From Chrysomallon squamiferum (taxonomy: Eukaryota > Animalia > Mollusca): DNA of 64,000 nt. Numbering within the stretch: position 1 is the stretch's first letter; each line of letters opens with the position of its first letter. Positions 39,446-52,000 of this stretch are shown here, piece after piece. The notes beneath the pieces are model-generated. The model was not told where the DNA came from. It made no database searches and saw only the letters and a program-made list of their open reading frames with translations. Made by a program: the position numbers and the translations under genes. The stretch covers positions 15,004,001 to 15,068,000 of the forward strand of contig CM022671.1 of NCBI GenBank assembly GCA_012295275.1, given 5' to 3'.

Positions 39446-41110
39446 GGGAGATCAAGAGGCCAGGACCGGGTCACGCCAGATCAGATCTTTGCCCCTGGCG
39501 TGAGTCGATGTGTCGACAACGTACGTGCTTTTCTAGCTGTCTGCTAGTTACCAGCAAGCGGACTCTTCGCAATCAACGGCCTGAACAACATTAAAACCAA
39601 AGAACATTAACAAAAAACTGACAAAATGTGTTTAATCTATCTTTCATTCCTAATATATTTCTTAATTACAAATTGTGACTTTGTCCTGTTTTTTTTTTTT
39701 TTTTTTTCCTTGATTCGTTCTACCAGCTCATTGTCATCCTTATAGTTTTCTAGTTATTTTCATTATCAAAATCATCATAATCATTATCATCATCGTTATA
39801 ATAATTATCACCATCATTACTTATATAAATGCACAAATACTACTGCTATTATGACTGTTACCATTGCTAGAAAACCCGCGATCATTCGTTCGCACACACA
39901 TACACACAGCAAACCCTTTAATGCCCTGAAGTGGAAAGTAAAATAAACATCCAATCAAATGGATGTATTTTGATCAGTATTACCTAACAAAAGGCGGTTA
40001 TACTTCGAATATAAACTTCACCGCCAAATCGTTGAAAACAATTCGTGCTGAATACATTTTTATGATATTAAGTAACTGAAATGTTTTATTCTGGGAAATT
40101 TGAAAACGGACGAACATCAACACTCTGGTACACAGTTAGCCATAATGGCGTGAAGTACGATTTTAAACCTACTATAATTCTCCGTTAAAAACGGCATGAT
40201 CTCGCAAAGCAATTGACATGATAAAACCCAACCCCCCCCCCAAAAAAAAAAACCCAGTCGAATGAGAAAAACAAACGAATACATCTGAAAACTGGACGGA
40301 TTAATGAAGAAATCAAACTAAAGTTTAAACTTCACTTTGCACAATAGATGTATTTTAAAAAGAACAAATTAAAATTTAAATAAGCTTTATTTTGACGTTC
40401 TCAGTACCATTACATTTTTTTTTTTTTTTTAAACTTAAGGCATAAATGATAAAACAAAATCAATAATTATGAAGATGAACATTTATTTAACCCACCAAAT
40501 GGAATCTGGAAACTTTGGTGAAATCATAAATTATAGTTCTGGATCTCAATAAAATTAAAGAGACTGTCGTCAGATAAGTAACTATAGACATCAAACCAAG
40601 TCTACAATTACCAGTTTTATACAAAGTTTATTACCATCCATGTGTGAGTGTTTATTTAGTGAAATAGAATGTAGACCGTACGCTATGCTTTTCTTTTGTG
40701 CCGTTTTCATTTCATCAATACAATGCGTCATTATATACATGTATATATTAACGGAACATTAATATAGTTTTGGCAAAATGATTTAATATAATTATGGCCA
40801 GTAATTATGAAAGCTAAATAAAACAGTTGCTCTCAATATCCAATGCCTATGTATTCTTATGCAGTTTCAAAATTCTATTACACGAATCATCAAACGTACG
40901 ACAAGTGTCTTTCCTTGAAACCTGATCTAAGTCATTAAATATGCGCATGGCCAACTCGCCTCTGTGTAGTTGTTATTTGTTCATAAATCTGAAACTTGCA
41001 ACTTTCGTGATCTGGTGGCTGTTGCTGAATCTACCTGTATCCTGTTACATTTCACACACGTCTCAGATGCTAAAATATTTGCTGACCTCTGATCTCTGCT
41101 GTCATCAACT

Positions 41111-42248
41111 ATGATTTATATTTAATTCTAAGTATGTTTTAATTGCCGTATTATGGATTTGTAACACGTGCAAGGAAGCAGACATCCTGGATAAAATTAA
41201 TAGTAAACTACTGCATTTAATTTGGAATTTATTTGTATTTTATATTATCTGAAATTATTTATGCATATTCCGACGCTCTAACTGCACGTGCCGATATCAT
41301 GATATAAATAGCGCCTACCGAAAATTTCTATGACACTGATGCTGTTACGTCACGTTTTCTCTGAGAGAGGAACAAACAAGTATCACTAAACCATAAAGGG
41401 TGTTTTTTTTTTTTTTAACCTAATGAATAAGCAAAATTTTCATATATGAAGAAACGCAATGTACATGTCCTGGCTCCAAATTGGATAATAGAACCGTATT
41501 AATGCAATAGACGAAGACAATGACCATCTTCAGTAGTTTGTTTTGTAATTTCACACATTATGTATATCTTCATTTGTTTTCTGGTAGAAATTCTGTGACA
41601 TATTATCTATTACATTAACAATTTTCGGTTGTGCTTTTCTTAAGCTTACCAATAAATTAATTTTGATGATTGACAAACGGAGTTGTTATTAATTCAAGCG
41701 GTTGTAAGCAGTATATTACGTATATTACAGTCCTATAGTAATGTTTCCAAAAAAAAATAAAAATACAAATAATAATAATAATAATGGCGGTCAGTAGTAG
41801 AACGAGGATCTTTCAGATGTGTCCAAGTTAAAAACAAATGCAAAAATTATACATTCTTGAGAATATTTATATTACAGTTACTTTTTTCTTTTTCACACGA
41901 GTAACTGTAACGAGTAGTCATGATTGCTTTGGCAGCATAATTTTTAATCTTACCAGGCATTTTTATGACTATACTACCTATTACTGTATTAACAGTATGA
42001 ACAAGCGAATTTCTCGCATCCGATACTTAAGAGACGAAGTTTCCGTTTTCACAGAATCATATTTCCTGTCAGTCTACAATAACGTAAATAATTTTCTCAT
42101 AACCGTCATAAAAGAAATAAATAAATTAAAGTTTACAAGAGAATATGGTGTTCGATATTGTTAAATGTTATTTAACTTTTACCATTATTGTACAGCTGGG
42201 AATTCCTAGTGTCACGTTATGGTTAGACAATTCAGTCAGTAAGTAATT

Positions 42249-42344
<96 letters not shown>

Positions 42345-42959
42345 TAAATAAATAAAAAAAAACAAAGAAAATAAATGTCGATTTCTTTAACAATATATAA
42401 TGTTCTGTAAATTTTGTTAAATTTTGGTACACTAAAGCAAATTAATTAACTGACTTTGAAATATTTTTATATATGTTGTTGTATTCCTTAAACAAAAATA
42501 AAAAAATAAAAAAATAAAAATAAAATAATATAAAATAAAATAATAAATATGTATTTGTTATTTTTCTGTTTCTTTTCTTTTCTATTTCGTTTATTTATTT
42601 ATTTTACAGCCCCTTCGTGTGATGGTGAAATATCGTTAGATACAACAACGTCTCTCGAAAGTCCGGCTTTTCCAGATCTGTATCCGCCTGGACTGGACTG
42701 CAGATGGACAGTGGTCGCGCCCGTTGGTTGGAAAATAAATGTTACTGCAGTGTATTTTAACTTAGAGGATCAAAAAGAATGTTTGTGAGAACATTTTTGA
42801 CTTAAGTGTGCTCGTGCAAAGAATATGGTTTCTGTGCATATAACCATTATAGTTCTTTCTTATATGCAGTTTTTTTTCTTTTGTTCTTAGTTTATGCATA
42901 GCTCCCCACTTTAATTATATTAAATGTATATCTAAATAATAACATATTAATATGCAATG

Positions 42960-43032
<73 letters not shown>

Positions 43033-43913
43033 TACATACATATATATTTACAGTTACATTCATACATACATACATACATATGCACTTAAATACAGTAGAC
43101 ACACACACACACACATACACACACAACATGAACGCGCGCTTTTTGTTTATAGGTTTCTGTGAGACTGCATGAGAAATGACCAAATTTTACGTTATTATTA
43201 ACAGAAACTTCCTTTCAAGAAAATAAAGCATTTCTGAATGTCTGAAATGATCTAATAAATATTTTGTTTTAATTTATTTAGTTATTTTTATCTATTTTAA
43301 ATTAGAAATGGTTTCAAATACACTGAACGTTTTAATGATTTCTACAATTATAACTGATTACATACTGCATTTTATTTAATTTTATTTTAACTTCGTACAG
43401 GTGGGACTATTTAGAGATTAAAGATAAAAACACAGAAGGAATAATTACTGAAAAAAGATACTGCGGCAACCAACCGTTTTTTTACCAATCCACTTCAAAC
43501 CTTTTAAACCTTCGTTTCCACACTGATGAATTAGGATCTGGTGCAGGATTCAAACTACAGCTAACTCCTTCAGGTGAGTATACATTTCTGATACAGTTAT
43601 TAAATGGATTTATATTTTACTAGTTTCTGAAGTTAAGGTAAGTATTGCTGCCTTCGTAATATAATTGATTTGGACCAGTGGACATCTTTCTTTCAAATTA
43701 ATATGCTCGAAGATCTTCAGTTTCTGAAAGGTCTCCATACTCAACAAGGCGATTTTTTAAATGGCAGTAGATGACGTTTCTCAGTGTAACAATTAAAAGA
43801 TTGTAACTGAGTACGCAAAATAAGGAATAAAAAAATGTTTACTAATGAAGAAATTACGTTATTAGGAAATGATGTGTTTATTACTATATTAATAACAAAA
43901 ATGTTTAAATATA

Positions 43914-43974
<61 letters not shown>

Positions 43975-46469
43975 GTATAAATACAGCATTCTTTCATTGT
44001 TTTTAGTTCACAAAAATACAGTAGGACAAAATTGCAGATGCTGTCGTCTTATGCTGAAGCATGAGATTAATCTGATTAACATACAAGTAGCTTCAAAGTT
44101 TGTTATTACCAAACTATTGGATGTATCAAGATTACAGCGCAGTAATTTAGTAGACAAGAATAAACAAACTTTCTTAGTTATTATTAATATTTAACATTTA
44201 GAATAGATCAGTCACATTGTCTTCCAATAAATTCCAAACATTTTTATTAATTTAGTTAATAATATTATAGCAATTAATGTTATTTTGTTATTTTTCATTT
44301 AAAAGCAGGCAGGATTGTTTTTTTCTTTCTCTGTCTCTTGTTTTGTTTTGTTGTTGTTAAATTGCTCTCCAGAATAGTAATATCGCTATGAAATGGACAG
44401 AAATAACTGTAGTTTGATAATAGTAAATGAACAAAGTTTAATTGCGTAAATTGTTAGCTATATTTTGCATCTGCATATTCTGTTAAAATAATATGTTTGA
44501 TAACGAATACTGAATGATGAGCTTAGAAAACTGTCCCTGTGTTGTAAAAATATATAGGCTATCGGCTATTGTGCCAAATAAAGGTTAGTATTATTGACAT
44601 CTGTATTCATAAACTTTGAATATTAAGGGATTACGATGTCTGAATTAATATTTATTTTTTAAAAGAATGATCTTATATTTCGTTATACACATCATGGCCG
44701 TAACTACACTGAGGCAAATAAGGCAAATGCCTCTTAACAAAATTGACGATTTTTTTTTTTTTTTTTTTTAATTATACAAAGATTTTATTTTAAAAATATA
44801 AGAAAAAAAACCCTCTATTCCGATAGAAACGATATCCACTGAATGAATTTGTTTATGTCTACGGTTACCGTTTTCAGTCTACCGACATCGTTGCGATGAA
44901 CGCAATAACTGACTTCAAAGACAACAGACATTAAACAGGTTTTTGCCTCATTTCAAAAAGAGTCTAGTTACGGCCATGCATTTATCTCTAAGAAATAAAA
45001 CTGTGCACTGGAGTAGTATTTCAAACTGCATTATTTAAAGTTAGCGGCCCTGTCGAAAAAGACAGCGTTTTGACAATACATGGGAACATAATGTTACAGA
45101 CTAAATCAGAAGGGTTTTATACTGACTTCTGGGTTAAGTCAATGGATCTGTTTGCCGTTTCAGTTGCTGTTGAATCTGTAATAACAAAAATGACAGAATA
45201 CTCAAATGTGGTGAGAAAACTTACCAAATGAGAGCATTATTTTGTTTCAAAAGCTAGCCCACGAACAATCGCCATTCCTATCATTTTCCAATTTTTTTTT
45301 TTTCATTGCAGCTTATCAATTTACCTGCCAAAATAAAAACAACAATAGAATAAAGTAAATAAAAAAAAAAAAAAAATAATAATAATAATAATAATAATAA
45401 TACATTTTTTAAATATATATAAACAGAGAAATTAAAATAAATATTTTTTTTTACACCATAATATGAGTGTCATTTCATATTAATTATTTGTATGGCTATC
45501 CAGTGATTTTAGAACATTTGATAACTGGCAATATACACAAGGCTGAATTTTGTTCTTATTTTACAATACATGTGAATAATGTGAGGACACTTTTAATTTT
45601 AGGATATTCTAAAAGCTGCAATGAGACTCTGACTGGTCCATCTGGCACATTTACAAGTCCAAACTATCCACTGAACTACTACCCAGACACAAAGTGCACT
45701 TACCTAATTGAGGTAATATTACAAATGCAACAGATAAAGATCATCAATGCATGACTGTCTGTATGTGTGCATATCATGTGTGTGTATTTTTGTGTGCACA
45801 TGTGTATTAGTCTATGCCAACTATCACATATTTTTTCTTTCAAACTTTTTAGTTAGTTTTATTGCTAAATGAAGTATTCTGTAAAACTGTAACCTTACAA
45901 TACATTTCTTTCAACTTAATCAATAATCTTAACCATGTATTAAAAACAGTTCCATTATAAGAATCATGTAGGATAATGCCACAAAAGATCTTGGCAGAGA
46001 TTTTTGTACACTATATTGTATTATAATGAACAAAACTTTGTACACATATTTCTGAAAAAGGAAAAATGAATGTTTCAGGGTTCACCTGGAGAACAAATTG
46101 AAGTCAGTTTCCTTTCCTTCCATGTTGAAACATTCCCCTGCAACTTTGACAAGCTGACCATATTTGATGGCTGTGATGAAAGTAAGATATTTCCATTAAT
46201 GTTCAACATACAATTGTTTTTTTTAGAACAATAAAAAGAAAATTTTTTTAAAAGTTAATGTTGGGATTTGCAACAGTTTTCATAAACTGTATTTGATAAT
46301 TAGTAAAAACAGGTTAATAAAGCAAGCTTCAGCTGCATTTTTTTGAAAAGGTAGTTTAGAAATAGTAATAATAAATAATAAGATAATAATAACAATAATA
46401 ATAAATATAATAATGATAATAGTAGTAATAATAATAATAATAATAATGATAATAATAATAATAGTAGTA

Positions 46470-46503
<34 letters not shown>

Positions 46504-48878
46504 TATAATAATAATATATAATAATAATAATAATAATAATATTGTGTAAAAACATATTAGAAGATGTTCATAAAATATGCTGCCATTAATAAAAATATTG
46601 GTAATTATTTTTATTTCTTTTCAACAGATGCACCAGTGTTAAAAGTGGCCTGTGGACATGTCATCCCTGATCCCATTATATCCAGCAGTAACAGCATGTT
46701 ACTGGTTTTCTCTTCTGATACCAGCAAACAGACAAAAGGATTCAATGCATCATACCATATGTTGACACTGACAGTACCATCTTCACCATCTTCACCACCT
46801 TCACCATCTTCAGCTGAAAAAGGTACATTATCTGTTTTAACAGAGATAGAATTACTTCATAAACTCTTTCAATCACAGTAAAATACCCCTCCCCCTAAAA
46901 ACAAATCTTCAAATGATATAAAAACAAAATGAAAAACAATAATTATATATTTTATTTCTTCACTAATGCTACAATAGCTATGAAATTGTTGCAATTTTAA
47001 TTACTACAGTCTTACGAAACAATATATAATATATATATATTTTTTTTTCTTTCATTACTAATGCTACAATAGCTATGAAATTGTTATCATTTTAATTACT
47101 ACACTTTTTTTTTTTATGCAGTTACTATTTCATGTAACAGTAGGAGGACATGAAAAATATTAATAATAAAAATTAAATTTAAAATTGAATATTTTTTTTA
47201 TTTTCAGTTTTCTCCAATTGTGACATAATTCTTACTAATAAAACAGGCAACATTTCAAGTCCTGGTTTTCCTGGTAATTATGGAAATAACCGGCGATGCA
47301 TTACTACCATTGAAGCTGAGAAAGTCAGCATAATTACCATAGAAATAATTGTTTTTGACTTAGAATCTTCAGATAACTGCAGCTATGATTCTTTGACCAT
47401 CATTCCTGAGATATCAGTTAGTGAGTACCACATTAGAATTTCTGTCCTTTGTAATAAAAATATTCTAAGTGGAAAAATTACCTACTTGTTTTTTTAATGG
47501 AGATTTTAAAAAATGGATTCAGATATAGAAATCTTGATTTATTGGCAAATAGGAATTATTTAACCTACCTAAAATATAGGTAATGTGTCTTTAGTTATCT
47601 TAATAGATATTTTAATTGAAAGCAAACATTTGAATAATAAAGGCATTATAAGACTATAAAAATAATGCTAGTGTCAGTAATTATAAAAACAGACAAAATG
47701 CACTGTCTACACAACTGTATCATTACAAAATAAATATTGCCAGATAAGCTAACAATTTTATATTTAATCTCCATAATTAAGACAATTAACTTCAAAAATA
47801 TATGGTATAGTGAAATCAGATTTACATTTTATTTGCTAAACAGAAAAACTGAAAACCTCTAGTTTAAAAATATATTCTAACATGTCCAGTGATGTAATTC
47901 TTTGTTTAATATTTTTATTTATTTATTTATTTAGAAGGAAATGTAACATAATCAAACTTGTCCAGTGATGTAATTTTTTGTTTAATATTTTTATTTATTT
48001 ATTTATTTAGATGGAAATGTAACATCATCTAACTTGTCCAGTGATTTGGTTCTTTGTGGTAGGATTCCTCCCCTGACACTGTACACCTTTGAAACAGATG
48101 TTCTTCAGACGATTTTTGTATCTGATAAATCCATTGACAAATCAGGCTATCTTGCCAAATACCAGATAACTGAACTTTTAGATGGTACAATTTTTTAAAT
48201 TTTAATTTACAAATGATAAATGTTCATTTTAACATTTGTCTGTAAGAAATAAGAATTAAATTAAGCAACTGTCTTTTTAGAATCTTTTTAATTTCATTAT
48301 TTAATAAAAAATCTAAATCTTTTTCCCTTTTAAAACATTAATTTATTTATATAACTATTCTTTTTCTTTCTTTTTTTTTTTTTTTTTTATCTTTTTTAAA
48401 ATTTATTTTTAATCAAACAGATATATATCAAATGTAGTTAGATTATTTTGTTTAAAATTTATAATAAAGAATTCACTGAATATGGCTATATTAATTTTTA
48501 AAATCTCTGGTGATGAATTCTGTGAATGTGGTTTTATTATTTTTTGAAGACTATTGTAATGATTTCAGTAATTCTATTTATTTACTGGTAAATACCAAGT
48601 CCTTCAATTTCTTCCAGATACTTGTACTTTGCAGTGTGACAATGGTGGTGTTTGTAAGAAACAGAATACAACATTGTCATCTTGGATGTAAGAATTTCTT
48701 TTAATATGTGTTATTTTACTGAAGTGATAACATAAAAGTTGTTATAATGCATAAGTGTATTATAAGAAAAGTAGAAAAACATCCTTCAGGTGTTCTGGTG
48801 TCGAAATATAAAAATATAAATGAAATAAAAAGAAGTTAAATAAATAATAAAAATTATAAAAATATAGATACACAGAGT

Positions 48879-48909
<31 letters not shown>

Positions 48910-48968
48910 TTGAGAGAGAAAAAAAAAAAAATATATGTGATTAAGATTTGTGATATATGTGAGAGTGA

Positions 48969-49016
<48 letters not shown>

Positions 49017-49056
49017 GAGGGAGGGAGGGAGGGTGTGTGAGAGAGAGAGAGGGAGG

Positions 49057-49090
<34 letters not shown>

Positions 49091-52000
49091 AAAAAAAATT
49101 TGTGTATGTGTGTGTGTGGTGTGTATGTGTATATTTGTGTAATTACAGCTGCGACTGTCCTGAAGGTTTTGGAGGGAGTATGTGTGAGTATGACTACCGT
49201 GGGACATGTTACACAAACCAGTGTCAGAATGGTGGTGGCTGCATCATGAGACAGGGACAAATGGAATGTCATTGTCTGGATGGATTTTCTGGTCCTTCAT
49301 GTGAAGTGGTACTCAATGAGACAGTATGTATTATAATAATAACATTATTGTTATTAATTTTCAAGGTTTTTCCTTAATAATAATAATAATAATAATAAAT
49401 ATCTTAAAAACTTTATTGTTAAATACATCCTTTGAATGTAAATACAAATTAATATAATCTTGATGTAATTTGAATTGTAATTTGATTAGTTGACAGTCAT
49501 TTAAAGGCATTTGTTTTCTTGAAAATGAATCACTTTCTTTGCCCCCATTGCAAATTGCTGCAGATATTCTTTAAAAAGGAAAGAACTTTTACTTTGCTGA
49601 TCTGTTGGGTTGGAACAAATGTTCCATAGCATTTTTTCAATAAGTGGCATTTGAGCACATCATTTTGTTTCACATATGATGAAATATATGAGTTGATGTA
49701 CTTATTCTGAAACATGAACAAGATGGCACAAATGTGGTTGTACATACTGTTTCTGAATTTCAGTTTTAAAAAAACCTATGAATTTTTTTTCCATCCCAAT
49801 ATTAAGACAACGTAAAATATCACCACTGTTCATAATTGATCACTGTCTGTTCCTAGAACTTTCTGAAGTTTAATACCATTAATAATACCATTAACAGTGA
49901 TCAGTATTGCTACTAAAGGATATTCATCCAACTTCTGACATCATGTGAATAATTTCTATACTTGATTTGAACCAGTAATATTGAACCTTTTAATTGTTTT
50001 GCCTTTTGGATAATAATTATATATCTGGTTAACCAAAACACATTTTTTATTTTTTCAAAAGTAATATTAGTTTCAGGAAGTACACAACAAGCCTCACATA
50101 TTCAGTAAATTCCCCAGAAACTTAACTCTTTCTGCTGGAAGTAGTGTGCTCATGGAATGTGCTGTCATTGACCCTACTGCTGATGTTATGTGGTAAGAAG
50201 ATAAGTTTAATTGTTTCAGCAATAGATAACAACTAAAATAAAAAACTAAACAATATTAAAAAAAAAAAAAAAAAAATGAAAAGGAGTGTGGGGTACATTT
50301 GAAAAAAAAAAAATAAAAAACATCCATAGTAAGAATAAATTTGTATTTTGGGTACTGAGTTATAAAAGACCTTGTGCAATCTTAAATTTTTATAACTCCT
50401 GATCTCTGCATTATAGAATAGATTTGAGAGTATAAAAGGAAAATAATTTTGGATTGTTTAATATATTTATTGTTCAAAGAATTTATAATGACCATGCATT
50501 CGTATTCTTTCATTTTGAAATTTCTATTTTGATGACTTACATGGTTGCAAATTTATACTCTTGCTCATACAATCTGTTCACAAGGTTACACAAGGACAGG
50601 GTACTGAGTGAAGGAGATGATGGGACAGGGATTGAGGTGCATCCTGGAGGAGTACTTCACATACCTGAAATGACAGATGAACAGGAAGGAAAGTACACCT
50701 GTTTGGCTGTTTTTGCCAAAGAGCTTCACGAAGTCTCAGCATGGATAAAACTCATAGAGCCTTGTCACCTGCGTATGTTCTCGTTTGATTGTTTCTTCAG
50801 TTGTTTTAACTGTAAATGATGAATGATAATGATGATGATGATGATGATGATAATAAATATTTTTATATTATTATTATTATTATTATTTACACACATAATT
50901 ATATAATAAAGTCTAATATTTACAAAGAATAATTATAAGTAATTACTTTTTGAGATTTAGAGAACACGAGAATAATTTTTATTGAAATTGTGTGATACAG
51001 CTGTTGAAGCAGTAACAATATCATAACCATTTTAAAACTAATAATGTGTTGTGGTATCACAGCATACATAAAGCAAAATATAGGATGGAAAATAATTAAT
51101 GTATGAATGAAGGAATGACACCCTAACATTTTTTTCATTTTCATTTGAAGATGTTGTTATTGCTCCACAAAATGTGACAGTGGATGAAGGATCAAGTGCA
51201 CTATTTCAGTGTTTTGTACCCGATGCCAAGTTTGTTGTGTGGAAGAAAGATGGAGAATTGTTACACCTGGATAAACGAAAACGGGTAATTACTGGTGGTA
51301 TTTTTTTTTTTTTTTTCATTGGAACAAATATAAAAAGGTCAAAGCAAATATTACAGGTCACTTTTGGCTCAGTTTTGTGTTTTTAATGATCACAAATGCC
51401 TAATGTTCGTGTGTTTAAGGATATTTATTATTGAGTGCATACATGTAAATTGAAGTGCTTAATTGGTAATGGATGAAGTTTTGAATTTTCAAGGCATATC
51501 TGCATATATGTTTTTAGAAATATGTATAAAATATATTATAAACTAACACTCATTTTCATACCTTAAAGTCACCAAATTAAACCTGTTTTTTTCAAAGTTA
51601 TTATAGGGTGCATTTCATCAGATCCATTTAGTGGATTCATACCTCCCTCACATATCTTCATACTTTCATTTTGACAGAAATGTTTCATCTTTTTTATATG
51701 TCAAATAAACTACATTTGTAACCACTGATAAAGAACTTCAGCTGCCATCTTTTACATATTTCTAAAACGGAGATAATTTTTAATAATAATTTTTTTTATA
51801 TATATATTTATATATATACTACAATAAAATGCTATCATTATCTGATTTCTTTAATGTTTTTAATAAAGATTTTGGTTTTTTTTTGGAATGGAGTTTATAA
51901 CATAATTTAATTTTTTTGACAGGTTCTTGTCAACAATTATTTGCGGATTGAGCAGATTATTGAGACAGATTCGGGAGAGTACACGTGCTCTGCAAGAAAC

